From: a virus | Virus record (IMG/VR): IMGVR_UViG_3300045741_000352 | Coordinates: 6,490-70,489 of that record | DNA: 64,000 nt | Direction: 5' to 3' (one strand) | Part shown: in pieces, positions 47,918 through 56,244 of the stretch | Numbering within the stretch: position 1 is the stretch's first letter | Layout of the letters: the number at the start of each line of letters is the position of its first letter | The notes under the pieces: generated by a model | Seen by the model: the letters and a program-made list of their open reading frames with translations, nothing else | Database searches by the model: none | What the model was told of the DNA's origin: nothing | Position numbers and translations under genes: made by a program

Positions 47918-48127
47918 TTAATCTTCGTGCTGATCTTTCTGTCCCTGCTCATATCCTCGCTCCCAACCTACTTCGTATGCCACTTGTAAATGATCGACCA
48001 TGCTTTCAAGTAGCTCACGATCCAAGCGACCTACACGAGAAAACAATTGACCGATCCACCGCTGAAAATGTCTCTCTTCTGTGCTGTCCATTAGCTGCAC
48101 CCCGCACTCATACCGCATGTATCGCAC
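47918..48127 (-). CDS. hypothetical protein
   Basis: Track ORF of 69 aa. It overlaps the 3' end of the RNR gene by 37 nt. Confidence 0.4.
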   Translation of the reverse strand: MRYMRYECGVQLMDSTEERHFQRWIGQLFSRVGRLDRELLESMVDHLQVAYEVGWERGYEQGQKDQHED

Positions 48128-50772
48128 ACGAAACAGTTACCAGTACGACGAAGCATTAAAACACCGCAGTCAGGGCACAGTGGTGCATCGTGTGATTGCA
48201 GTGCCGGACCAGCTTCATTGTCGTCCGTGCTCGGCTGCACTACATCGCCGTCAAATTGGATAGAAAGCCAGCGAAAAATATAGTCAATCACACTACTTGC
48301 CATAGGTAGCTTTGGATTACCTGTAAAACCTGATGGCTCAAACCGAGTGTGACGCAGCTTGTCAGTAAGCACAGACAGGGGGACGCCGTATTGAAGCAGC
48401 AGTGACGTGAGTACACCAACGGTGTCCATCAACCCCCGCACTGTGCTACCTTCTTTTGACATGGTGATGAACAGCTCGCCGGGCCTGTTTGTATCTGGGT
48501 ACATACCAACATTCAAATATCCCTCATGATTACCCACCTTAAATTTGTGGTTGTGTGCTGGACGATCCACAGGAAGTCGTACACGCGGAGGTTGTGCAGG
48601 TGTAATTTCTTCGATGTTAAACATAGCTTTTGCGAGATTTTCACTCGCTTCTTGGATAGGGTTCACTTTGGGTAAGTACCAGTTCGTATCTGGCTCCGCC
48701 CATCTGATTTTACCAGATTTCAATGTAGCGATATCCGAAAACTGTTCTGGTGGAATTTGTGCAATGGGTGCAGCAGATTGCTGCACAGTGACGGGTTGTA
48801 CGGTTTTACAACCATCACGATACACGGCCACAGACTTAAGCCCAAGCTGCCACGCTATAATGAACGCTTGTTCAATGTCTTCAACAGTGGACTCATTTGG
48901 CATGTTGATAGTCTTTGACACAGCGCCACTGAGTAAGGGTTGCACAATGGCTACCATCGCTATGTGATCACGCCAGGAGATTGTGTTGTCTCCAAGTGCT
49001 GTGGCAAACACCGCCATGTGCGTCGGGTCCAGTAAGCCACTCTCAACACTGTGCTGTAATGAGCCCGTGTTTTCAAGTTCAACCTGTATTTTGTTACGTG
49101 TGTGTTGATCGTAACCAAGTGCGGTGAGTCCGGCCATAAAAGACTTATTGATCATTTTGACAGAGCCGCCGCCTACAAGTTTTTTATCCTGAATAAGCCC
49201 CAGGCACGGCTCAATGCCGGTCGTTTCACAGTCCATCAGAAAACTGATCGTGCCCGTTGGCGCAAGCAGTGTGACCTGGCAGTTACGAAAACCGTGCTCT
49301 TTGCCCATCTGTAGGGCCTTGCGCCATATATCAGCCGCGTAAGGTCGTCCGTTTTTTTTGTGCTTTTCAATGACTGCCAACATTTCGTCACCGTTCTCAG
49401 GATAACCAGAGAAAGGCCCTTTCTTCTTTGCAATCTTAGCCGATTGTAGATATGCCTCACCTGTCATGAGTGAGGTAATGTCACACGCCGTCAAACGTCC
49501 AGCCGCGCTGCTATACGGCAAGCCTTTCGCCATGAGCAATGCGCCCAAATTTGCATAGCCTAGACCAAGAGAACGAAAGTCGTGCGAGTTCTTTGCAATG
49601 CTGTCCGTTGGGTAGCTCGAACGATCTACGATAATGTCCATCGCTGTAATGAGCACATCAACGGTGTGCTTAAATGCCTCTGCATCGAAACTGCCGTCCG
49701 GTCGTAAAAATGGTAAAAGGTTGATTGAGGCCAGATTGCAGGCTTCATCAGGTGGTCGCATAAATTCGGAACATGGATTTGTCGATACTATTCTTCCTTG
49801 TCCTGGTGTAGTGTGCCAACTATTGATTGTATCGACAAAAAATAACCCAGGATCACCACACATCCATGCGGCAGAGGCTATTTTATGCAACAAAAGACCT
49901 TTCTCACCGTGCGGTCTTGGCCAAGATGCAAGTTGCATGAAGTCATCGGTAACACTTACACTGTTGTTTGCATTTTGAAATGGGATGTACTCCTGTACTG
50001 CACTTTCCATGCTTCCATCATATCCCGCGTCAATTAACGCATGAGCCATTTCTTCCGCTCTGACTTTACACCAGATAAACTCTTCAATATCTGGGTGATC
50101 GTGGTCCATAATAACCATCTTCGCGGCACGTCGTGTTGTGCCGCCCGACTTGATGACACCCGCATTGGTGTCTGCACCGCGCATAAAAGATACCGGGCCG
50201 CTCGCTTTACCCCCACTTGTAATTGCCGCATTTTTTGGACGTAATTTTGAAATGTTGACACCAGCACCGGAACCATTCTTGAAAATCATCCCTTCGGTGC
50301 GGTACCACTCAAGAATGGACTCCATGTTATCTTCAACGTCCAAAATGAAACAAGCACTACATTGTGGTTCTGTTTGTACTCCTACGTTGAACCACACAGG
50401 CGAATTAAAAGCTGCGAGCTGGTGAAGTAAGATAAAGCACAACTCTTGATTGAAAATGATGGCATTCTTGTCGTCAAAATAACTATCAAGTAAACCCCAC
50501 GTCGCTATTGTATTAACTACACGTTGAATCATTTGCCGTACCGAGGTCTCTTGTACACCGTCCACCACACGAAAATACTTACTGGCAACGATGTTCGACG
50601 CTCGAACAGACCAGGAAATTGGGAACTCTGCGTCTCGCATTTCAAAAGCAATACTGCCGTCATCGCGTTCAATTTTGACGTGGCGTTTTTCCCAAATTAC
50701 TAAATCAAATGGGTTTACACTTTCTTTTGTGAAGTATCCTGGTATTTCTAGCAGCGACATCATGCACTCCAT
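48091..50772 (-). CDS. nrdJ: class II (adenosylcobalamin-dependent) ribonucleotide reductase
   Basis: 893 aa. It has the active-site STNPCSEF motif, conserved GGTTRRAAKMV and LLAPTGTIS blocks, and a C-terminal CPDCG..(10)..CFVCDTCG zinc ribbon typical of NrdJ. The start may instead be the ATG at 50763 or 50760. Confidence 0.9.
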   Translation of the reverse strand: MECMMSLLEIPGYFTKESVNPFDLVIWEKRHVKIERDDGSIAFEMRDAEFPISWSVRASNIVASKYFRVVDGVQETSVRQMIQRVVNTIATWGLLDSYFDDKNAIIFNQELCFILLHQLAAFNSPVWFNVGVQTEPQCSACFILDVEDNMESILEWYRTEGMIFKNGSGAGVNISKLRPKNAAITSGGKASGPVSFMRGADTNAGVIKSGGTTRRAAKMVIMDHDHPDIEEFIWCKVRAEEMAHALIDAGYDGSMESAVQEYIPFQNANNSVSVTDDFMQLASWPRPHGEKGLLLHKIASAAWMCGDPGLFFVDTINSWHTTPGQGRIVSTNPCSEFMRPPDEACNLASINLLPFLRPDGSFDAEAFKHTVDVLITAMDIIVDRSSYPTDSIAKNSHDFRSLGLGYANLGALLMAKGLPYSSAAGRLTACDITSLMTGEAYLQSAKIAKKKGPFSGYPENGDEMLAVIEKHKKNGRPYAADIWRKALQMGKEHGFRNCQVTLLAPTGTISFLMDCETTGIEPCLGLIQDKKLVGGGSVKMINKSFMAGLTALGYDQHTRNKIQVELENTGSLQHSVESGLLDPTHMAVFATALGDNTISWRDHIAMVAIVQPLLSGAVSKTINMPNESTVEDIEQAFIIAWQLGLKSVAVYRDGCKTVQPVTVQQSAAPIAQIPPEQFSDIATLKSGKIRWAEPDTNWYLPKVNPIQEASENLAKAMFNIEEITPAQPPRVRLPVDRPAHNHKFKVGNHEGYLNVGMYPDTNRPGELFITMSKEGSTVRGLMDTVGVLTSLLLQYGVPLSVLTDKLRHTRFEPSGFTGNPKLPMASSVIDYIFRWLSIQFDGDVVQPSTDDNEAGPALQSHDAPLCPDCGVLMLRRTGNCFVCDTCGMSAGCS

Positions 50773-51026
50773 TTCGCAAGTGTATCAACGGTAACTTTTT
50801 CTACAGCGTTGAGTCTTTGTGCGATTTGCCCAAGTGGAAAATGGTCTTTATGCCTACTCCAAAAACCAGCACAGCACACATCATCTGAGTGGTGACAAAT
50901 GCGGTGACCTGTGAACTCGCCTGCCATACGTGGGTCGGCAACTTGATTTTCCAGCGCTTGTACATCCAGTGGACTTTCTTTTCTGTAGATACAAGTTGCA
51001 CACATGGATTTTTGCACGCGGAACAT
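50760..51026 (-). CDS. hypothetical Cys/His-rich protein
   Basis: Track ORF of 88 aa (CATCIY ... HRICHHSDDVCCAGF). Confidence 0.45.
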   Translation of the reverse strand: MFRVQKSMCATCIYRKESPLDVQALENQVADPRMAGEFTGHRICHHSDDVCCAGFWSRHKDHFPLGQIAQRLNAVEKVTVDTLAKWSA

Positions 51027-51277
51027 CAGTTTTTTCCATTAAAGCCTGGTATGTACACCAATGGCGGCTTCTGTACTTCGCTGCGAGACTTCTCTAAAGC
51101 CTCCATCGCCGCATTCAAAGCCATCTCCTGTGCTGTTATCAACAACCTGAGAACAGCAAACCAACCACCTCCTATATTAGCGTGCTGCATTTGCACTGTG
51201 GGTGTGTCGCTGCCAGGTTGAGGCGGCAGCACATCAATAACAAGTCTCGGATGATCAACTTCATTTGGTTGGCTCAT
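51026..51277 (-). CDS. hypothetical protein
   Basis: ATG at 51277 (MSQPNEVDH) after aagaggtg, within track ORF 51026..51391. Confidence 0.45.
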   Translation of the reverse strand: MSQPNEVDHPRLVIDVLPPQPGSDTPTVQMQHANIGGGWFAVLRLLITAQEMALNAAMEALEKSRSEVQKPPLVYIPGFNGKN

Positions 51278-51851
51278 AGCACACCTCTTTCGATTCCAGA
51301 CGCTCAATTTCCATTTGTGTACAGCAAAACCAGGCAACTTTGGCGAGATCGTCTTCAGGCTCTCCGTTCCTACATTCACCGACATACTCACCTGTAGTAA
51401 GCAAGTGAATGTAAATTTTTAGGTGTTTTAGTGCGTGATTAGCCCTTTCAATTTGAAAAGGTGTATTGTCTGCGCCCAGACGCCAGTTGTCACGCCCGTA
51501 CTTCACTTCACCTTCTCTGAACACCGCGCCAATACGCTTTTCCGCCTCAAGAGGTATCTGCGTCAGGTCGTATGGTTCCACATCGGTGCGAGCTGCGGCG
51601 TCTTTGGTTTTTACAGTAGGCGTCAAAGGAGTGTTCTCGCTCAAACCACAGTGTACACACTGGCGTGTACCGTTGCTGTAATCAATGAACTCGTGACCTT
51701 TGCACAAATCGTGACCTTTGCGTAACTCGTGTGCAATTTCTTGGGGAGTTTTCATAGATGGTGACTCCAAAATTTTGCGGATTTTATTACATTCTGGGCA
51801 AGTGTCAGTTCTGTAATACCCGTGATATTTACACGTATACATCGGCATCAA
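51261..51851 (-). CDS. zinc-ribbon plus dATP/dGTP pyrophosphohydrolase-like (DUF5664-type) protein
   Basis: 196 aa. The N-terminus has CxxC pairs (CPECNK, CVHCG). The C-terminal IPLEAEKRIGAVFREGEVKYGRDNWRLG....ANHALKHL matches my recollection of the phage MazG-like NTP-PPase domain pattern (KYG..NW..G ... RHL). Confidence 0.55.
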   Translation of the reverse strand: MMPMYTCKYHGYYRTDTCPECNKIRKILESPSMKTPQEIAHELRKGHDLCKGHEFIDYSNGTRQCVHCGLSENTPLTPTVKTKDAAARTDVEPYDLTQIPLEAEKRIGAVFREGEVKYGRDNWRLGADNTPFQIERANHALKHLKIYIHLLTTGEYVGECRNGEPEDDLAKVAWFCCTQMEIERLESKEVCYEPTK

Positions 51852-52390
51852 TTATACGCCTTCGTAGGCCCTTGCTGGCCCTTATATCTTCCTACATAAG
51901 ACTGCACAGTTCTCTCTGTCAGTCGATCATAAACGAGCTGCACAATACGCTCCCCCTGTGCTATACGAACGGGTAGATGTGTTTCGAGTTCGAGTGTAAT
52001 CTGTCCCTCAAATCCTGGATCGATGAAACCCGCCATTTTATGCCCGAGCCCTTTTCGTGCAGGGGATGAACGCATTTGCAAAAATGCACAGTGTGTGCTG
52101 GGTACAATGATGTTCTCAATCGTAGAGCACAGGTAAAAATACCCAGGTCTGAAGGTATATTTCTCACCGTCAAACAACCTGACTTCGCGCCAGTCTACAA
52201 ATTGATCTTCTCTCGTGCACCAAAACAAGAACCGTAAATGACACCACAAACGACGCCACCGCGAAGGTCTCTTTGCGAATTTAATAATGTTGTGCAGTCG
52301 CAAATCAACGGACGCCGGACCCACATTGTTACGCACATAACCAAACTCTGCTGCATGTTTTGCCAACCATTGATGCGGCTCAACCGCCAT
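51848..52390 (-). CDS. dcd: dCTP deaminase / dUTPase-superfamily enzyme
   Basis: ATG at 52390 (MAVEPHQW) overlaps the thyX stop (TAATG). Motifs GPASVDLRL and GFIDPGFEGQITLEL are both present. Confidence 0.8.
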   Translation of the reverse strand: MAVEPHQWLAKHAAEFGYVRNNVGPASVDLRLHNIIKFAKRPSRWRRLWCHLRFLFWCTREDQFVDWREVRLFDGEKYTFRPGYFYLCSTIENIIVPSTHCAFLQMRSSPARKGLGHKMAGFIDPGFEGQITLELETHLPVRIAQGERIVQLVYDRLTERTVQSYVGRYKGQQGPTKAYN

Positions 52391-53244
52391 TACGCACGCT
52401 CCTGAAAAAGATTCGGCCAACGTTCAATGCACTTATTTTTCCACAAAGATGCCAAACGTTGAAACTCCAGGTCTGCATATTCGTTGGTACGTTCAAGGAA
52501 AAGTTTTTTAAGTGCTTCCGGGTTGGTTGTCCACACCAGAGATGTCATCGCACTGTGCGGCAAGAAAGACGAAGCAGCTTCGTAGATACGTTTACGGTTG
52601 AGACCTTTGGGGTCTTTTCCTTCGTGCATCTCACGATAGTTATGCTCTTGTTGGTGTATGTACGCACGATAGTTGTTGTAAGCCGCTAACATACTGTCTT
52701 GGAAAAAACTGGTATCAGCTTCACTGTGGTATACCCATGGGTGTACCACGAACCAACCAGGGTGCTCGACATAGCGTGTCGATTCTTGTGACGGCGAACC
52801 TTCCTCATCACGATCAGCGCCAACGTAGTGTCGGATAAGTTCGTGTGTCAATCGACGACTGATACCAGAAAGAAAAAAGGTCATTTTGGGGTGATACATG
52901 AGAGATTTGTGAGGTATTTGACCGAGTTGTGTATTAGCGATGTATCCAGCGTTGTCTGGTGTACCCGCTTTAGCGCCAAATGAATAATAGCATAATCGTC
53001 CACTCAACTCGACAAGAAGCTCATTGTCAGTGATCTGTCGTGTGCGCTCCCAACCTTCATGGGGAAAGAGCATTGCTTTACACCACGCATCACCTTCAAA
53101 ATCAGAAAACGCCTTGGCATAGCCAGACGGGTAACACTCAGGATGTGCCTCTCTTATACTTTGAATTACCTGTTGCAGTGCCCCAGGAATGAAGCGTTGT
53201 TCGCTCAAAGGTATGACTGTAGGCTCCGTGACAATATGTATCAC
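52390..53244 (-). CDS. thyX: flavin-dependent thymidylate synthase ThyX-like
   Basis: 284 aa with a ThyX signature region, RRLTHELIRHYVGADRDEEGSPSQESTRYV. The canonical motif is RHR..S....S.RY. Here RHY replaces RHR and about 10 residues are inserted. Confidence 0.75.
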   Translation of the reverse strand: MIHIVTEPTVIPLSEQRFIPGALQQVIQSIREAHPECYPSGYAKAFSDFEGDAWCKAMLFPHEGWERTRQITDNELLVELSGRLCYYSFGAKAGTPDNAGYIANTQLGQIPHKSLMYHPKMTFFLSGISRRLTHELIRHYVGADRDEEGSPSQESTRYVEHPGWFVVHPWVYHSEADTSFFQDSMLAAYNNYRAYIHQQEHNYREMHEGKDPKGLNRKRIYEAASSFLPHSAMTSLVWTTNPEALKKLFLERTNEYADLEFQRLASLWKNKCIERWPNLFQERA

Positions 53245-53419
53245 CCTGTGCTCCTATTCAAGTGGTGGTATGTCAGGATTGAGGCGTAACAGCTCAGTGG
53301 CAAGCTCAGAGGCATAAGAGCGAGAATGATCATAATAAGATTTGACATCTTTATAATTGGAGAGCTTTTGTGCAGTCGCACGTAGCTGCTTAATTTTTCC
53401 CAACAATCACACGCATTCT

Positions 53420-53716
53420 TCACTCGTTTCCAATGGGTACCTCACTACTCCCCTGTGCCATTTCGAGCTGTTGTTTCAGCACACGGAGCGCGAGTCGGAT
53501 CACCTCTGTGCGCCACCGCAAACCTGTAAGCCTGTGCAATTCGTCAATCAGCTCTAAATCATCTTTATAGAGATAGAGACCGATTTGCTTCTGTCCCGAA
53601 ATTGTCGATGGTATATATTTCCTCGTCACGTGTTCTTCCAAACGCTGCCGGGTAGAGTTGTTTAATTGTCTCACCAACCTCAAATGCGTATCTTGTGATT
53701 GTATCTTCCTTTGCAT
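53420..53716 (-). CDS. ribbon-helix-helix-like DNA-binding protein (start uncertain)
   Basis: Track ORF of 98 aa. IGLYLYKDDLELIDELHRLTG..RTEVIRLALRVL looks like a CopG/Arc-type RHH. A GTG at 53626 is a plausible shorter start. Confidence 0.4.
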   Translation of the reverse strand: MQRKIQSQDTHLRLVRQLNNSTRQRLEEHVTRKYIPSTISGQKQIGLYLYKDDLELIDELHRLTGLRWRTEVIRLALRVLKQQLEMAQGSSEVPIGNE

Positions 53717-53939
53717 CAGGGAGATTACGTGTGATTATACGCCCGTGTGTAATCAAATTTGCTTGAATACACCACTGAGGTACCTCACTGCTGTGTGCGC
53801 CGTAGAGTAGACTTACGACATACGTTGCACTTGCACGCTTGGCAATAGCCGCTACATAAGCCAGAGGTCTCAAAACACACTCTCCTTTATGGTATTCACT
53901 AGAAACAGGATGCTCCAAGAAACTGTGTAATATGTACAC
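53565..53939 (-). CDS. hypothetical protein
   Basis: Track ORF of 124 aa. Its 3' end overlaps the RHH-like ORF. Confidence 0.4.
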   Translation of the reverse strand: MYILHSFLEHPVSSEYHKGECVLRPLAYVAAIAKRASATYVVSLLYGAHSSEVPQWCIQANLITHGRIITRNLPDAKEDTITRYAFEVGETIKQLYPAAFGRTRDEEIYTIDNFGTEANRSLSL

Positions 53940-54094
53940 GGGAATCCGATAAGTACAATAAACCAGTCAATCCAATCTTTAAGTAATGGTGCGGTGTTCT
54001 CGCTTCCACACTGTTTTGAATTTACGATAGAGCGCATACACACCGCGACGACGAATAACACCAGTACGGTTGTCTTTTTCATAATACGCACCAC
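53870..54094 (-). CDS. alternative ORF: small membrane protein
   Basis: Track ORF of 74 aa (MKKTTVLVLFVVAVCM...). It competes with the 58-aa ORF at 53979..54155 in another frame and has a weak RBS. Confidence 0.3.
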   Translation of the reverse strand: MVRIMKKTTVLVLFVVAVCMRSIVNSKQCGSENTAPLLKDWIDWFIVLIGFPCTYYTVSWSILFLVNTIKESVF

Positions 54095-54155
54095 TCATGT
54101 CGTAGTTTACACTGGTTGCAGCTCTACGTAATATCTTTGCGCGTTTTCCTGACAT
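53979..54155 (-). CDS. small basic hypothetical protein (58 aa, below the track cutoff)
   Basis: Hand translation gives MSGKRAKILRRAATSVNYDMSGAYYEKDNRTGVIRRRGVYALYRKFKTVWKREHRTIT, with gaggtg 7 nt upstream of the ATG. Confidence 0.4.
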   Translation of the reverse strand: MSGKRAKILRRAATSVNYDMSGAYYEKDNRTGVIRRRGVYALYRKFKTVWKREHRTIT

Positions 54156-54189
54156 GAACAGTCACCTCAAAATTCACGTAAAAAGTACG

Positions 54190-54495
54190 TTAACCGGAGC
54201 CGTCGCCGTCGCCGTCGCCGGAGCCGTAGCCGTAGCCGTAGCCGTAGCCGTCGCCGTCGCCGTCGCCGTCGCCGGAGCCGTAGCCGTAGCCGGAGCCGTA
54301 GCCGTAGCCGTAGCCGGAGCCGTAGCCGGAGCCGTCGCCGGAGCCGTAGCCGTCGCCGGAGCCGTAGCCGTCACCGTAGCCGTTACCGTAGCCGTTACCG
54401 TTACCGGAGCCGTAGCCGTCTCCGGAACCGTAGCCGTAGCCGTAGCCGTAGCCGTCACCGTAGCCGAAGCCGGAGCCGTCGTCTATTCTTTCCAT
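54190..54495 (-). CDS. Gly-X dipeptide-repeat protein, array copy A (101 aa)
   Basis: ATG at 54495 and TAA at 54190-54192. Product is MERIDDGSGFGYGDGYGYGYGYGSGDGYGSGNGNGYG...GDGDGDGSG. Start and stop context is shared with copies B-D. Confidence 0.55.
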   Translation of the reverse strand: MERIDDGSGFGYGDGYGYGYGYGSGDGYGSGNGNGYGNGYGDGYGSGDGYGSGDGSGYGSGYGYGYGSGYGYGSGDGDGDGDGYGYGYGYGSGDGDGDGSG

Positions 54496-54514
54496 GTGTA
54501 TATTTTCACTTATT

Positions 54515-54796
54515 TTAGCCGTAGCCGTAGCCGTCACCGTTACCGTTACCGTTACCGTAGCCGTAGCCGTAGCCGGAGCCGTCACCGTTACCGTAGCCGT
54601 CGCCGTCGCCGGAGCCGTAGCCGTAGCCGTCGCCGGAGCCGTAGCCGTAGCCGTAGCCGTAGCCGTAGCCGTAGCCGGAGCCGGAGCCGGAGCCGGAGCC
54701 GTCGCCGTCGCCGTCGCCGTAGCCGTCGCCGGAGTCGTCGCCGTAGCCGTAGCCGTCGCCGGAGCCGTAGCCGTAGCCGTCGCCTATTCTTTCCAT
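54515..54796 (-). CDS. Gly-X dipeptide-repeat protein, array copy B (93 aa)
   Basis: ATG at 54796 and TAA at 54515-54517. Product is MERIGDGYGYGSGDGYGYGDDSGDGYGDGDGDGSGSGSGSGYGYG...NGNGNGDGYGYG. Confidence 0.55.
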   Translation of the reverse strand: MERIGDGYGYGSGDGYGYGDDSGDGYGDGDGDGSGSGSGSGYGYGYGYGYGYGSGDGYGYGSGDGDGYGNGDGSGYGYGYGNGNGNGDGYGYG

Positions 54797-54815
54797 GTGT
54801 ATATCTTCGCTTATT

Positions 54816-55061
54816 TTAGCCGGAGCCGTAGCCGTAGCCGTAGCCGTCGCCGTCGCCGTCGCCGTCGCCGTAGCCAGAGCCGTAGCCGTCGCCGGAGCCG
54901 TAGCCGTCACCGGAGCCGTAGCCGTCACCGGAGCCGTAGCCGTCGCCGTCGCCGGAGCCGTAGCCGGAGCCGTAGCCGGAGCCGTCGCCGTCACCGTAGC
55001 CGTAGCCGGAGCCGGAGCCGGAGCCGTCACCGTAGCCGGAGCCGTTGTCTATTCTTTCCAT
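54816..55061 (-). CDS. Gly-X dipeptide-repeat protein, array copy C (81 aa)
   Basis: ATG at 55061. Product is MERIDNGSGYGDGSGSGSGYGYGDGDGSGYGSGYGSGDGDGYGSG...GYGYGYGSG. Confidence 0.55.
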   Translation of the reverse strand: MERIDNGSGYGDGSGSGSGYGYGDGDGSGYGSGYGSGDGDGYGSGDGYGSGDGYGSGDGYGSGYGDGDGDGDGYGYGYGSG

Positions 55062-55080
55062 GTGAATATCTTTACTTATG

Positions 55081-55421
<341 letters not shown>

Positions 55422-55434
<13 letters not shown>

Positions 55435-55823
55435 ACAGGCACTTTTGCTATGGATTCTTTTGCCTGTGGTGTAACAGCCAGAATTTCAATAGCCTCTGTC
55501 AAAATAACTTCTTTGACCTCCGTAGGAAACTTACAATCTTTTGGTTTCTTGACTCCTTCCATAGCAAGTTGTGACAAGCTAGCCGCCCCTGCCCAATACC
55601 AAATACGGCGTGCGTCAGTAAGCGTCACTTCTTTGTCATCACGAGCCGCTAGAGTACCTGCAAAAACACCAGCAGAGTATGTACGACAAATAACGTAATC
55701 ACCGATTTTCGTACCAACATTTTTTTGCTCGTGATTTGAAATCCACTTCTTTATTAAGGTCATTTCTTCTGTATGACCCCAATTCTCACTTTCAAGATCA
55801 CCAAGTAATCGTTCCCAATTCAT
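55422..55823 (-). CDS. hypothetical protein
   Basis: Track ORF of 133 aa, with aaaggagaa before the ATG (aaaggagaatttagtATG). The central DARRIWYWAGAASLSQLAMEGV block looks like a conserved phage small-protein family that I cannot name. Confidence 0.55.
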
Positions 55824-55852
55824 ACTAAATTCTCCTTTACAGACAGTAAAAA

Positions 55853-55910
55853 ACCACAGGTTGTAACATCATACACCGGGATGGTGCTACAACCTGTGGC
55901 GAAGTGGTTG
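55853..55910 (-). terminator. rho-independent terminator with a long loop
   Basis: On the minus strand ccacaggttgta ... tacaacctgtgg forms a 12-bp stem followed by TTTTTT. Confidence 0.55.
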
Positions 55911-56122
55911 AGAGTTATGCAAGTTGCAATGGCGGCTGAGTGTGTACGGCAGCGTTCTATACGCACAAAGTCACAATTGAAACACTCCCAACCCGGCAAC
56001 TAGCTACGAGCTAGCCACCGTTTCTCAATGCTACAAAGTGTTTTTACAACATAGCCGTATGCTGGCTTGTTTACACAGAATGTGCCTACTAGAAATAGAC
56101 AAAATCCGCACTTTGTAGCAAC

Positions 56123-56195
56123 TGCGAGGGTGTGAGTCGAACACACTGATTTTCAGGTTCAAAGCCTGACGGGCCACCGTTGCCCCATCCTCGCA
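56123..56195 (-). tRNA. tRNA-Gln(UUG)-like element with a non-canonical junction
   Basis: The minus strand reads TGCGAGGATGGGGCAACGGTGGCCCGTCAGGCTTTGAACCTGAAAATCAGTGTGTTCGACTCACACCCTCGCA. It has a D arm GGGC/GCCC with a GG-containing loop, and an anticodon arm TCAGG-CTTTGAA-CCTGA (U33, anticodon TTG, A37). The T arm is GTGTG-TTCGACT-CACAC and the acceptor pairs 7 bp as TGCGAGG/CCTCGCA. One extra nucleotide at the acceptor/D junction or in the variable loop prevents a textbook cloverleaf. Confidence 0.5.
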
Positions 56196-56244
56196 ACCGA
56201 CATTAGATACTATACCACCATAGTATTATCTATGCAAATAAATT

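Noticed and set aside
55920-56030. Possible second tRNA in the gap downstream of the polymerase gene.
   Set aside because: I could not build acceptor, anticodon and T arms. Only a short palindrome (ctagct-acg-agctag) is present.
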